From assembly GCF_003918875.1 (NCBI RefSeq), contig NW_025766966.1, positions 310,001 through 374,000 on the forward strand: a stretch of DNA of 64,000 nucleotides, in the 5' to 3' direction. This stretch comes from Haliotis rubra (Eukaryota). Below, piece after piece: positions 10,620 through 23,594 of this stretch. The notes under the pieces were generated by a model. It was not told where the DNA came from. It saw only the letters and a program-made list of their open reading frames with translations, and searched no databases. The stretch's first letter is position 1, and each line of letters starts with the position of its first letter. The position numbers and the translations under genes were made by a program.

Positions 10620-13047
10620 TCATTTGAATAAAATAACTGAAAATACAGGCAGGGACAATTATAATATAGGTGTGTGCACCCAACCCTGTTGTTTGAGACA
10701 CCTTGCATGTTAGCTTGTGTCTATTCATCTATCATGAGTTCATGTTTTACTTGGTGTATCATTGCATGCATGAAAATGATATCATGCCTACTTTCTCATT
10801 TTCAAAATAAGAGATCTGCCTCTGTATGGTGATAATACAGTAAATGAAAATAAAAAATGACAAGAAGATGATGTCGAAGGTGATAGCATGTTGACGACAA
10901 AAGAAAACCATGAAAGGCACATGCCCAGTATTTCAAATTTGGGACACAATCAAGAAAGTTTGATGAATATAAAGACAGATAATGACGTCAGTAAGAACCA
11001 CAATGACATCATGGTGATAATCTTGTGCATGAAACAGGAAAGATTTAGATAACAATTGGGAAAGATACAACCTTTAATCAGTAAAGAATAACTAACAAGT
11101 ATAAATATGGGATACATGAATGTATGGTCAATGATTTATCACAAACCATGAAACAGTATCATCTGCAACCGAGAGTTTGTAGTTCAATTATTATAAATCC
11201 ACTATATGCTGCTTTTACCTGATCACTATGCAATTATTTATGTTTACATTCTCTTTCATACAGTAAATATAATTTTGTTATTTCTTGGTTATTTTGGTGA
11301 CAAAAATATTTTGTCAATAACAGTGTATGAATTAAGCCAAAGATCCAGCCAGACATCAGGGCTGGTTCAAAATGTTACCAGCCCAAAATGGATTTAACCA
11401 GACCAAATATGAATTCCATGCTGTGAATTTACTCAGATACAGATATAGTGAATATATAAATGTTTGTGTTTGATGTATGTCTACATGGAAATACAATGTA
11501 CATTGATTGGTGTCAGCCGGATTCTGCAGTATGGGCTGATCCCTAAGATATAATTGTTAACCAAAGTGCCAACAAATGTTTGGATGAACTGGAGTCTTAA
11601 GTGTAACAGTTGACTGCAGTCCATTGGTAATGCTTTCATCAACTGGCCCAGGGTCCCATTCCACAGCACAATCTCATGACTGTCATAAGGCTTTGTTAAA
11701 GTATGGGAGTTATGAACATCTTAGCGCTAAGATGGCTTTGATCTGTTTGATTGGCATTTTAGAAGCTGGTGAGTAATAAGAAAGTAAGATTCTTTATAGA
11801 TAACAACTTTATTATATATGATGCGATATTTCGGTATGGATTCTTACACCGTTGTCAAGCAAAAGTCACTCTTGTTTGACAACAGTCTAAGAATCCATAC
11901 CAAAACGTTGCATCATGACATATGTAATAAAGAAGTTGTTATCCATAAAGAATCTTACTTTCTTAAGATGGCTTTGTTGAACAGACTCTGGAAGGATAGT
12001 TTCCAGCCTGCTTTGATATAGGTTGATGATTGCTCACCATGTAATGTAGCAACTTTCACTTGTTACACATGTATACTGTTATACGTTGATCACAGTTTGC
12101 AGTATATCAAGAAAGTTCATTCACTTGTACATTATATTTGTTTCCACAAGATATTGTGTAAATGTTGTATCATTAATAAAGATTTGATCAGAAACGAGTT
12201 GATTAGCACTGTCCTTCCAAACTTGTACATTTCTATGGTCAAATAGTTATGAGAAATTAGTCCAAATTTCGAGAATCAGTTTTGTTGTCACATGTGTCAC
12301 AGCCATGACTGATTTTGTTACATAAGTATAGCTTTTTTTCTCAGTAAATGCTGGGCTGAATATTGCCTGAAAATAATTCTGTCATCAAGATATTGCCTCA
12401 AAGTTGTAAGTCCATTAACATACTCGAGTGTAAAATTAATATAATTACATTCCTTTGCTGGTGGTTAATATAATTACATTGCTTTGCTGGTGGTCAAGAT
12501 GGACAAGGCTGTAGGTAATGGAGTGTCATGTCTATGAGGAATTTGGGACATCACTGACTAATTTGGGCTGGCCTCCCTGCTGAAACACTGTGGTAAAATA
12601 CTGTTCTAAAAACAACTCACTTAATTTCATGTACTTAGCACTGAGCTTCTTTTTACTTAAATAATGAATGATAATAAAACATTCACTGGTATAGATGAAT
12701 GTTGACAAATAAAAAAACTAACCAGTCTAGTAGTTACTAGTTAGGTGACCCATTATCACTGGACTTCCACTCCTGGCAGTATATAACGTTATATGATCGC
12801 CAGTTCAACATTTCAACATGTTTACTCTATCTGAGCAGCTGGCCCCTAGGTGCAGCTACAGATGGACACACACCCTGAAATACCCTGTACAATAATATGC
12901 CTTGTTTATATCACATGCATTCCAAGGCAATTGCTGAAATATATGATTTGACTAAAGGGGTCTCCATGAAACAGCAAATGAATGTCGGCTGATACGCAGC
13001 CATGGAGGTAAAAGTGTTTGGAAACAAACAATATACCATTTTAAGTA

Positions 13048-13341
13048 TATAGAGAATCTCACCCGAGTGTCTTTTGATATCAAACAGATCACCACAAGTT
13101 GATAAAGTAACAAATATCCGAGGCTTGCCGAATTCTTAGGAAAGAAGTACTTTTCTCGATATTATTTTGCTAATGTTGAGTGAGTAATAAATAAAATACT
13201 AAACGATGCCCCGTCTAATACCATATTTATGAAACTCGTGAATGGTATTGGTATCTAACTCGCTTTCACTCGTTAGATACCAAACCTTTCACTTGTTTCA
13301 TAAATATGGTATTACACGGGACATCGTTTAAGTATTCTCTA
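13048..13341. mobile_element. Palindromic non-autonomous element (Crypton-like, tentative)
   Basis: ~65-bp inverted arms (13195-13259 vs 13272-13336) around the spacer TCGCTTTCACTC; outer ATAGAGAAT/ATTCTCTAT. Confidence 0.55.
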
Positions 13342-13707
13342 TTTACACACTTGTGGCTGTATACAGATGATTCACCAAAACAGGTCACAAATACAGTTGC
13401 ATACTTTGAGGAAGGTTGATTTTGTTGGTACTCTTGGCCCCATGCGAATCTATATAATATATGGCTAATCCCTGAACCACTTTCTTTTTCAGAAATGAAA
13501 TACACTTTACAATACGATCATGGCATGAATAACACTGAACTCGTGCATTAATGATGGCTGTCTAGCACAAACATTGAAGATGGACTATGCTCAGATCAAC
13601 TGACAGTCTGAGCAAGTCTAATTCAAGTCAAACTCAACATTGTTCCTATATTTTTATGATTAATGTCAATAGAGTCGCTTATAAAGATGTACCACTGTGA
13701 GACACCC

Positions 13708-13875
13708 GAGTGAGTGAGTAAGTATGGTTTTAAGCCGCTTTTAGCAATATTCCTGCAATATCACGGCAGGGGAGACCAGAAATGTGCTTCACACATTGTA
13801 CCCATGTGGGGAATCAAACCTGGGTCTTCGGCATGACGAGCAAACGCTTTAACCACAAGGTTACCCCACCGCCCC
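13708..13875 (-). mobile_element. SINE family A copy
   Basis: Reverse complement of the consensus. Confidence 0.92.
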
Positions 13876-14340
13876 GACACACCTCAGAAGCTGGGCAATG
13901 GTGTTAATAGGCCAAGGATCATCACATGCAGTGGTTTTCACATGGGATTTGAACCTGACCAGTGGATCCAGGTATGGCTAAGAATACCACCCAGCACAGT
14001 ACATTACCACCATCACATGCCATGGAGGTAACATAGCATACAGTGATTAAGTAGTGTATACTAATGTTGAAAGCTTGTTAAACACCACAGTCAGCAATAT
14101 TCTAGTGTTATATTGTCCTGGAAATACCCGAGACTGGACCTCCGAAACATGTGACTGATGGCATGGTTATATGAACAACATCCCCCACTGTTTGATTGAG
14201 ATGATATACAATCAACCACAGGAGTTGTAAGCTGACTAATAACTTGAAATCATAATATTACACTGAAATCAGATACAATACGTCAATGAACAGGGCAGTT
14301 ACACTTGCTTACCGTATTTTACTGCACAAATGTTCTTGAA

Positions 14341-14497
14341 TATAATGGATAATAAAGAAATTATTACACGAGAAAGTGTGCCACACAACTTGTGCAAAAT
14401 TGTGTATTGCCCTCGCTCTCGCTCGGGCCATACAAAATTTCATACTCGTTTCGTATAAGTCGTATGACACACTTGCTCATGTAATAATCTCCATATA
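14341..14497. mobile_element. Palindromic non-autonomous element (Crypton-like, tentative)
   Basis: Imperfect inverted arms ATTATTACACGAGAAAGTGTG..TGTATTGCCC / GGGCCATACA..CACACTTGCTCATGTAATAAT around TCGCTCTCGCTC. Confidence 0.5.
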
Positions 14498-15160
14498 TCA
14501 TCAGAGGCAGACAAGGAGAACAGGCTTCACACATCATGTGTGGAGTCTTTTCAAGTGATTAACAACACATTTGAATAACCATGCACCTTATTCAGACAGT
14601 TTTTCAGTTTATTAAGTGTATCATTTTCTATTCCCTTTGTTTACTTGTTGAATTCAAAACAGTACTGGCCAAGTTAATATAAACCTGAAAGCAGCAAATC
14701 TTCAGTACTGTTATCAGTGGAACAATGTCTACAGAGTATTGTTGGAACCTGATGAACCCATGATGAAGAATAGCATCACTTTTATGCAGAACTTTACAGA
14801 TATGGTGGCAGCTGGTAGAGTTCAGCAGCTGATCAATATTCAGTAGAACATACATTCAAGAGGCAATGTATCATGCTTCCGTTCACTTCCAATGGGATAC
14901 TGCCCACAATCTTGACAGCATGGAATCCTCCATATATGTGCTCTAAAAACATCAGTGACGATACAGACCATCCTGTTACTCTTTGTGTTGCCTGACATGT
15001 GGTCTTACTGGTCTGAGCAGTTTCCATTGACTAGCATTGGTTTAGCATCAACTGTCTGCTTGGGGACATTCAACTGAAGTCTGCCTTGCTTTCTTAACAC
15101 TCAGCGGTCAGCAGGGAAATATTCAGTGGCCCAGGTCATAATTATGATGAAGAGTGATGT

Positions 15161-18100
15161 TCAGCCATTACTGATCTCTCTTTGTAAACTTGCTACCACA
15201 CCATCCACAGTCACATCTCCAGAAATCACCAACATCTTGTTTCTTGACTTTGAACCCTGTCAAACAGACATGAAATAATAATTTTCAGATAACTGTCTTT
15301 TCACAAAGTTGAACTTGATTGCAGTGCCCTTGTTACTTAGCATATCATCCTTCACAACTGGAAATACCAAAGTACTGACCAAATATACAACTATAAGATC
15401 TAGAAGGATGCTTCAAGAATGTATGCAGGCAGACAGCTTATTACAATTTTTGTTTAAATGTTACGAGGAAGTTTCACCAACACTGCTGAGGTGTCTAAAA
15501 GCAAAGCTGTTACGCTTTCTTACCAAATAAACTACTCAGTAGCAGGATTTTTGCCACTTTGTTTTAGAATATATTGTTTATACTTTATAGAAAGGGAAAA
15601 GGAAGCCTTGATAAATCCATAGTGTTATCTTGTGAACACAGTCATGTAACATGTGGATACATTTTATGGCTGTGAAACATTTTTACAGCTGAATGGTAAT
15701 GATAAACATATAGTTTGGCATACATTATACCATGCATGATAAGTGCAGGCTGTTTATACCCACTTGCTGCTTTATGACCACTCCTTAACCTACCCTATCA
15801 AGGCTGACATCAGATTTACGAACTCCAAGCACTTTGGCCATATATTTAACCAGTTCTGCATTGGCTTCACCTTCCATAGGAGGAGCTGCTATCTGCACAC
15901 CAACACCTTCAGGGCTCATGTCTGCAACAAGCATCACAACAATTTACAGTCAGTCTAGTAATGAGCCCAGAGTAGGGCTGTGAATCTCACTATCACCACA
16001 AGATCCTTGCAGATTCCAGATCACAGGGGGATTGTAATCATACCTTACTTCAACGTCTACCTCACGTATCTGTACATTGGTACATCACAATAATTATGCA
16101 TATGTGTTCCAATATAAATGCACTTCACACCACTTCTCTAAATATGAATAATGCATTTCTCTCAAAATACATCACAACACAAATTTACATACATTTAGAT
16201 TACAATATTAAATAAAAAGTTCAATTGAATTAATGCAACGTCTCTTGATCTAACATTATTTCAAGCTTAACCCCACAGAGTTATGTCCCTTGGAGCTACG
16301 AAAACTTGTGACTGAACAACATCCCCACTATTGAGATGATATACAAACAACCACAGGAGTCGTAAGCTGAATAACTCATACAATCCATTACACTAATAAT
16401 CCAGATTAACATTCTGTACTGGTAGTGAGTGGGTGATGATGTCTGATTATTACCATAGTTAACCAGTGTCACAACACCATAAGCAACCGTTTTCGATGTA
16501 CAGAGCAATTGTTTACATTCCACATATGGCAAGTGTTCTCTGTTTGGAAGCTGTTCACCTCAAAGTTTTAGTTATCAATTTCAGGCAAGTCATAAGGGAT
16601 AATAAGTCTTTTATTGCATCAATAGGAAGCCAAAGTGAGACCAAAATATCGTCGAAAAAGTGTGACATTGTGCCTTCAATTTTAGCCATTTTTGCATGAA
16701 GCCTCCTGTTTAACATGAATGACTTGGGAATTTGGGCTGTATCAATCAGGTTGATCACTTAACCTATGTTTGTTCTTAATGTTGCACGAAGTAATATTCC
16801 AGCAAAACAAAGGCAGTCTCTAAGTAATCTGGACCAAACAATCAAGTGATTGACATCAAATCAACGAATTTGGTAAACAACATGCATTCAACCCAGTCAG
16901 CTAAACTGACCACATGATCCTGTTGGTCTACTCTTACAACAACCATGGAATGCTGAAGTCCCAATCTAACCAGGATCTTCACAGGGAAGTGAACTTTGTG
17001 ATGTAGGTCACCTTAACTCCAGCCCAAGTTGCTATCAGCAACTGTTATTGCAAAACATAGTAAACATTATTTTTTTTAAAAAGTGATTCAGAATTATCAC
17101 ATGAAGCAATACATCTTATCATTAGGGTTAAACTTGAGATGCATCAAAGAATTTTACATTCATGTTACACAAGAGATGCCACTGGATCTTAACATGGATG
17201 AGAATACTTACCGATACTTACCAGTGACATAGTTTTCATTGTAACATCCTCCAACATGCACTTACCAGTGACCCCATTGTATTTGGCTCCTGGTTTTGCT
17301 AACACCTTGACAGTTATATTGTTTTTTTACTGTTCAAACTAACAGCTCCAGGTTCTTCTGTGGGAATCTATAAGGGGAAAATAATTTGTGTCAAAATAGG
17401 AACTTTAGTGTTAAATTCTTACTTTCTTAAACTCGTACTTTAACACTGCATTCAATCCAGTGACAAAAAAAAATAAGTAAAAAAAGCATGCACTATAGGC
17501 CACAGGTCAAGAGAAAACTATGGTGATGATATTTTGGAAACAAATTTAATGAAAGCTGATTAGTTACAAACTAAGGTCTGTATATTAAATTTATTTAAAA
17601 AACAAACATACCACTTGTCTTTCATTTTAATCAACCATTTTAAATGTCTGAACTGTGCAATATTTTTTGTGTGAAACCACTTCATGTATTTGCAGTAAGG
17701 TGAAACTGAAAGGTGTGAATTTCTAAGTAGGGGCTTGTTCTTATTGGGATTTTCTGGGTCAGTCTTGAATATTTGTGGATTTACGTTTTCCATTAGTCAG
17801 TGAGTGAGTAGGATTTAATACTACTTTAAATGTTTTCCAGGCACTCATGTCAGAATAATGTGGAAGTTCTGACAAAATCCACATGCATGGGTAGGGGCTG
17901 ACAAGCTTACTGGAAACATATTAGGGGCAAACCAGGCGTGCATGTGAATCCAACACTTTTCAATATTAATTCTACCATATTTTGCTGTGACTCATCTCGT
18001 GCACACTGAAAGACACTTTATGCAGATAGTGTTTTACTTAGTTTGTTTATTGATGACCGCATGCCTCAGCAATTCGAGATATTCCTGATAAATAATCAAC

Positions 18101-19314
18101 TCTAATCCAGTAATTGATGTTATGAGCAATTGTACGTCAGGCAGAGGTGAGTGAGTGAGTTGAGTTTTACACCGCACTCAGCAATATCCCAGCTATATGG
18201 CGGCGGTCTGTAAATAATTGAGTCTGGGCCAGAAAATCCAGTGATCAACAACATGAGCATCGATCTGCGCAGTTGGGCAGAGGTACAGATAAGCTGCATA
18301 TCTGCGTAAATTACGCAAACATTTATGTGAAAACTCCATTCCTGTTGCATACCAGTACGCTTGAATTTTTGTAAATACTCAATAAATTTGATCTTACATG
18401 TGTACACACAACCATGTCAAATCTTAGCTTGCATACCGGTGGATCGATAAAATAACTGAGATAGATTGAGAAGTTATATTTCAACATATGAACTTGGCAA
18501 CTTGCAGTCCTTATTATTTCTCATATTTCAGATATGAGTATCACTGAGGCATGAAAATAAGTGTGACTAGATAAGGCAAAACAGAGACAAACCTTGAGCA
18601 ACCACTTGCACCATCTGGGAACAGTTATGCGCAGTCAAGCTATGGGATCTGACTACCCAAAGCTCTATATCAGTTCTTATAACAAACACCAAGCCTGACC
18701 CAAACAAGAAATGCACACCTTTCAGTTTCACCTGACCGCAAATACAATAAGGGGTTTCACAAAACAAAACAGTGTTCAATCTGGCAACTCCTAATCTCCT
18801 GAAATGGGCCATGTATCTTGGCATCACTGTTTTTATAATATATCCCAGTTATTTATACTTAGCCCATGTACTAGCATGACACATAATGGTTTGCACTTGA
18901 ACAGCCTTTGCTCAACAAAACCTTGACTAATGCTTAGTCTCTGAATATATATAATTTTGATAGTAACAAACAAGCCCATTTAAATTGAAAAGGAGCCCCA
19001 CGGAGACCAGGGATTCAGAGGAAATCTAGACTTGCTTTATTTAGGGCTTTAGCACTGAAGAGGGGGCTTGGCAGTAGGGAAAATAATGCGGTTCAGGGAC
19101 TGTGAAACAGACAAAACAAAACCATACCAAAACGATAAACTATCACACATGTGGAGATATCTTTGTAGATCTAGTTAAGTATCATATCATTTGTTTAAAA
19201 AAAAATTCAGATATAATCATCTAAGCATACTGGATTTGGTGCCTTGCTAGTTTTGTGTCCTTTCTTCCCAGTTGGCATTTTGTGGTAAACTCTTTGACAG
19301 GCTCTCACGAACAT
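15161..19314 (-). CDS. C15orf40: UPF0235 / C15orf40 homologue (YggU/DUF167 family). Exons 19314(or 19278)-19231, 17367-17266, 15921-15794, 15256-15161
   Basis: Spliced translation [16 protein letters not shown]|[34 protein letters not shown]|[43 protein letters not shown]|[31 protein letters not shown] matches the KPG..N / [13 protein letters not shown] / LGVRKSDV / G.KSR.K motifs of C15orf40; canonical GT-AG; exon 2 needs A8 rather than the A7 at 17322-17328. Confidence 0.92.
16778..16986 (-). mobile_element. SINE family B copy (decayed) in C15orf40 intron 2
   Basis: Head reverse complement CCCTGTGAAGATCCTGGTTAGATTGGGACTTCAG; body CTGGACCAAACAATC. Confidence 0.7.
18147..18278 (-). mobile_element. 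5'-truncated SINE family B copy
   Basis: Near-consensus 3' half with (GAGT)n tail; TSD GGCAGAGGT. Confidence 0.88.
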
Positions 19315-19612
19315 AACGTCGACTGCTGTAGCTTGAACTCCAAGCAGCGTCTACACCCAACTAGGCATGCTAACAGGTGCACAGGTTTGTATTTATTTCG
19401 CGATGCGGAGCTGCAAAACAGTTTGGTTTCCGATTGATGATATCAATAATGTTCGCTTTCAATATTTAATATCCTTTCTTAAATAATATAACATATCCTC
19501 ATTCATATCCTTTTCATTTGGCTATGGTTTATATTTACAAGGAACCTCGCATGAACAGTTATGTGGACGACTTTACCTGATATTACGACATAAAAACCAG
19601 CTTATGTTAAAT
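19315..19612. promoter_or_regulatory. Bidirectional promoter region between C15orf40 and NR2C2AP
   Basis: Divergent start codons only ~300 bp apart; local CpG retention (TCGCGA, GTCGAC) within otherwise CpG-poor gene bodies. Confidence 0.75.
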
Positions 19613-21971
19613 ATGGCTGCCTCCTTGTTGCACGCGAAAACTCAAATCAGGCATGTGTTTTTGGAAATTTATGAACACGAAAGTCTGGTGGTCTTCGAAG
19701 TTGTATCTTTTTTACAATTTTACCACTGACAATGTAAACGATTCGGTGAACATGAAAACTCTTTGAGAAAGAACTGAGAATGGGTTAGTCCAAGTCACTC
19801 CATTTTTCACATTTCGCTCGTTTTTAGGGATCGTGCGTTAACATAGTTAAAACACCTGAGAAAAGTCTGGCAATGTGCTCAGTAGCATATACAGCACACG
19901 TTTCCGATCGTCTATTATTTCTTTTTAAATCGACTTAAAAATCCCTTCTTAATCAATTATTCTCCACCAATGTTTATCATTGGATCCATTGATTCATAAT
20001 CAGACAGTTATCAAGCATCTGTCTCATGATGTATTGCAAGCTGATCTTGCACTTTATTAAAACACATTTATTTTCCTATTTCTAGAGTGAGTTCAGTTCT
20101 TAACCGCGACATAAAGCAGTTTGGGAAGAAATACCTGACGGATGGAGAGGAGGATACATGCTGGAACTCAGATCAGGTGTGGAGCGATGTGAGAGTACTG
20201 ATGTGACATCAACTGAAATACTATATGCAGATAGATGCACGTATTTTTAATTATAATGCTAGGCACTTGGCCTAAAGCTCTATATTGTGAATACATAAGT
20301 AAAGGGCTGTTATTCAATTCATGTTTCTTTTCATGTATGTATTCGTGGAAGATGAAGTCACAAAGAGATGAAGATGTTCTTTATGTCAGAAATCTGGGTT
20401 TGATATGACACGATACCCAATGTGGTGCATCCATGATATGGCCTTAATATTGGTAGAAACACTTCACCTTGCTCATAGAACCATGGCTTCAAAGCGTTTG
20501 AGGACCCGAGGTTCGAATCCCATGGGTACAATGTGTGAAGCCCATTTCTAGTGTCCCCCGCCGTGATGTTGCTGGAATATTGCTAAAAGCAGCGTAAAAC
20601 CTAAACTCAGTCAGTCAGTCACCTTGCTCATACATTTTTCTCTTAATCATGTTAATAAAGTGATTATATATCACAAGCACAAATGTAGACATTTGGGGTT
20701 GAAGTCAATTTTATCTCAACAATTCATCAAATGAGTCAGATGTGTATATCAACATGATCAGTGACATTCCCTCATTTGTCACCCATGTCAAAGCAGAAGT
20801 TAAATACAGTTCAAAGCAGTGTTAAACTTTGTCACTGTCATACACTGATAAAGAAATATCCATCAGTACTTTCAAACTTTGAGCCTTGTGTATGTTTCAT
20901 GTAGTAATGACCTACCACTCCATTAGTTATGGACAAGACATACAAGTAGTTTAAGCACACAAGCATCGTAAGGCACCACCCAGTAAAAAATCTCCATCCA
21001 TACTTTAACCTGGCAGCAGATTTATTAGACAATCCTTGATTTACTGCTGACAGGGCTGCCCACAGTGGATTCTGGTGGACTTTGAACACAATGTGAAGGT
21101 GAAGGACATTCAGCTTCAGTTTCAAGGCGGGTTTGCTGGGAAGGAGTGCTGGGTCGAGACAGGGAAGGAGGCAGTTCATCTGACCAAGACGGCAGACTTT
21201 TACCCAGAAGATATCAACTCACTCCAGGTAGTCACTTTTGGGAATCTTAACTGACTTTGTCCAAAGAATCAAGGGATCGCATGTTCTGGTGGATTATCTG
21301 TCAACCGTGTAAATCCTGTTGGCGTAACTCAAAGTACCAGCAAAATCTATAAACATGAGGGAAGCTAAGAATTTGTATGGATGATCAGTTAATGTGGTCA
21401 CAGGTATTGCTCACAGAATTCTGAACCGATGTGAAACAGGGTGAATATCACTTTCGTCCTTAAACATCCTTGTTCAGCATCAAGTAAGCATAGCGTGTTT
21501 GTGATTCGTGCTTAACATTATTTTATGTTTTAGCTCATGGACCAAATGACACTGCAGTTTTGACTTCTCTAGAACATTGATGTTATAGCATTTGTTTTGT
21601 GAGCAGTTACAGTAATCATGTCAGTGATTTTCTTTAGTGAATTCTGAAAAGTTTTCAAAGTAATCCACTGTAGTACCAATAGTGTAGACCCATTAGAGTA
21701 ATGGTAACAGTTATTGTGCACACACTTCACTGTACGATCGTCATGAGAAAACATTTATGAGAAAATTCAAGTGAGCTGCAGAGCATGATTCTATTTCTTT
21801 TTAATTCAATGAGTTGACAGGAAAATAAGAACATTTCTTTCACTTTTGCAGACATTTAAACTGTCAGAAGAGCCTGTTACCAAAGTAATGAGAATAGTGT
21901 TTAACAGCAGCACAGATTTCTTTGGTCGTATAACTCTGTACAAGCTGGACATCTTGGGTGAACCTTGCTGA
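19613..21971 (+). CDS. NR2C2AP: Nuclear receptor 2C2-associated protein (TRA16). Exons 19613-19650, 20086-20176, 21054-21227, 21852-21971
   Basis: MAASLLHAKTQIR|VSSVLNRDIKQFGKKYLTDGEEDTCWNSDQ|GCPQWILVDFEHNVKVKDIQLQFQGGFAGKECWVETGKEAVHLTKTADFYPEDINSLQ|TFKLSEEPVTKVMRIVFNSSTDFFGRITLYKLDILGEPC* carries the diagnostic RVSSVLNR, CWNSDQG, FQGGF, FYPED.NSLQ and TDFFGR motifs. Confidence 0.96.
20481..20622 (+). mobile_element. SINE family A copy (internally deleted) in NR2C2AP intron 2
   Basis: GGTTCGAATCC...CATGGGTACAATGTGTGAAGCCCATTTC...(AGTC)n. Confidence 0.85.
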
Positions 21972-22634
21972 CACTATCAAGAGCTGGATCTTGGCCATAC
22001 AAGCAAGGCTTCAGAAAACACAAGGATAGGGAGCAATGGCAGAGTGGACACAGATTAAGGAACTGCCTGAAAGTGATGACACCTGTATTTTTAGTTGCCA
22101 CCAACTGAAACTTTCACTTGGGAGAGTTGAGACTGAGAGAGTTCATCATGTTGTGTCTATGCCTTATGCTTGAATGCCTTGCGAGCAGAGTCAATGATTC
22201 CAGATTATTACTGAATCAGTGAATGGTTCTGTGGCAGTAGGGTGGCTTTGTGGTTACTGCCTTGCTCATAACCCTGGAGACCTGGGTTTGATTCCCCATA
22301 CAGGTCTGTAATGTGAGTCCCTATCTCGGTCTCTTGTCGCGATGACTGTGATATTGCTGAAAATGGTTTGAAACAATACTTGTTGACAAAATGGTTCCAC
22401 TTTTACTAACAAGTGCTTGCATGTTCCCTCCAAGGGCGACACCAGTGGTACCATCTGGTGGGATTCTCCTGCATTGTGCACAGCTTTTGAATGAAAGCAC
22501 ATTTTCAAAATCTCAGGTTAAGGTGACCATTTCCATGTCAGCCCATGTGGTACATGGTTTATGGTGCCATTGTTGTTTATGTTTTTGGAACAGATTACTT
22601 CCATCATTCCTCCATATGGATTGCAAGTCTCAGT

Positions 22635-22842
22635 AGATCCCTTGTATCCCATTCTTGTTTGAGTGGACTAATGATTTGATGGTGTTAATGCGTGACATGG
22701 ATGGTTGTGTCATCCTGCCCTGTTGCTCATTTTCTCAATCACTGGTCTGTCTGACTGAGACTTGATGATGTACATGCTGCAGTGATATAGCTTGAATATT
22801 GCTGACTGCAGAGTTAAACAACTCTCACTCACTCACTCACTC
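22635..22842 (+). mobile_element. Old SINE family B copy
   Basis: ATCACTGGTCTGTCTG...ATATAGCTTGAATATTGCTGA...(ACTC)n. Confidence 0.6.
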
Positions 22843-22845
22843 CAA

Positions 22846-23095
22846 CCCTGCCTGGACCTCGGCATTAATGGGTACAACAAGGACTGGTCGGCTTGGAGTC
22901 AGTATAACATGTCTGAGTGGGGTATTCATGCTTCACTGCGGCATGGTATCTTAGTGGGCTAGCACTATAAAACCAGCTTAAGTCTGGGCTAGTACAAGCA
23001 GCCACACATACACATACACACGCATGCACGTCGTCATATGAGCGAAATATTCTCAAGCACGACGTTAAACCCAATTTCACCTCACTTCACTCACT
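22846..23095 (+). mobile_element. SINE family C (Meta-domain-like), 5'-truncated
   Basis: Near-identical to the 3' part of 25147-25483; TSD TCACTCACTCC taken from the tail of the preceding B copy. Confidence 0.9.
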
Positions 23096-23392
23096 CCGAA
23101 TGGTTGGAAATTGCAGACTAACGGAGAAGCACCCAACCTCCTGCTTATATTCTCACCATACTAGATATAGATGATATAGAAAACACAGTAATATATCTGG
23201 GACAGAGAACTGTGCATCACAACAGTCTTCAGTTGTTTGTAAATCTGACCATGCTTAACAGGCAGTTGTTTACACATTCAACTGCATGCAAGGATGTTGC
23301 TCCTTAGCACTGTGGGAAGATGTGATTGGGTGCAGCAATAATATATATACCATGTATACAGTTCCTCAAATGAGCAAGCAGTGTCACCTGTC

Positions 23393-23594
23393 ACCTATTG
23401 AAGATCAGGGATAGAACAGCTCTTCAGCATCCAATGTTTGACATACGAGGCAACTGATGGAACTGAGGGGCAGACTCGCTGATTTGGTGAAAATATATCA
23501 TAGTATTCCAGTTGCATAGATCCAACAGGTCCAGATTTGATTATTTAGAGACCGCCATCATATAGCTGGAATTATATCAGTGTAAAACCAAACA
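23393..23594 (+). mobile_element. Decayed full-length SINE family B copy
   Basis: TGAAGATCAGGGATAGAACAGCTCTTCAGCATCC head, GACTCGCTGATTTGGT body, CCGCCATCATATAGCTGGAAT tail. Confidence 0.7.

Noticed and set aside
14628-15027. ORFs downstream of C15orf40, or a selenoprotein read-through
   Set aside because: No recognisable homology or SECIS; lies between the stop and a minus-strand AATAAA near 14610, so probably 3' UTR
21228-21851. U12-type intron in NR2C2AP
   Set aside because: Donor GTAGTCACTT does not match RTATCCTT and there is no clear TCCTTAAC near the acceptor
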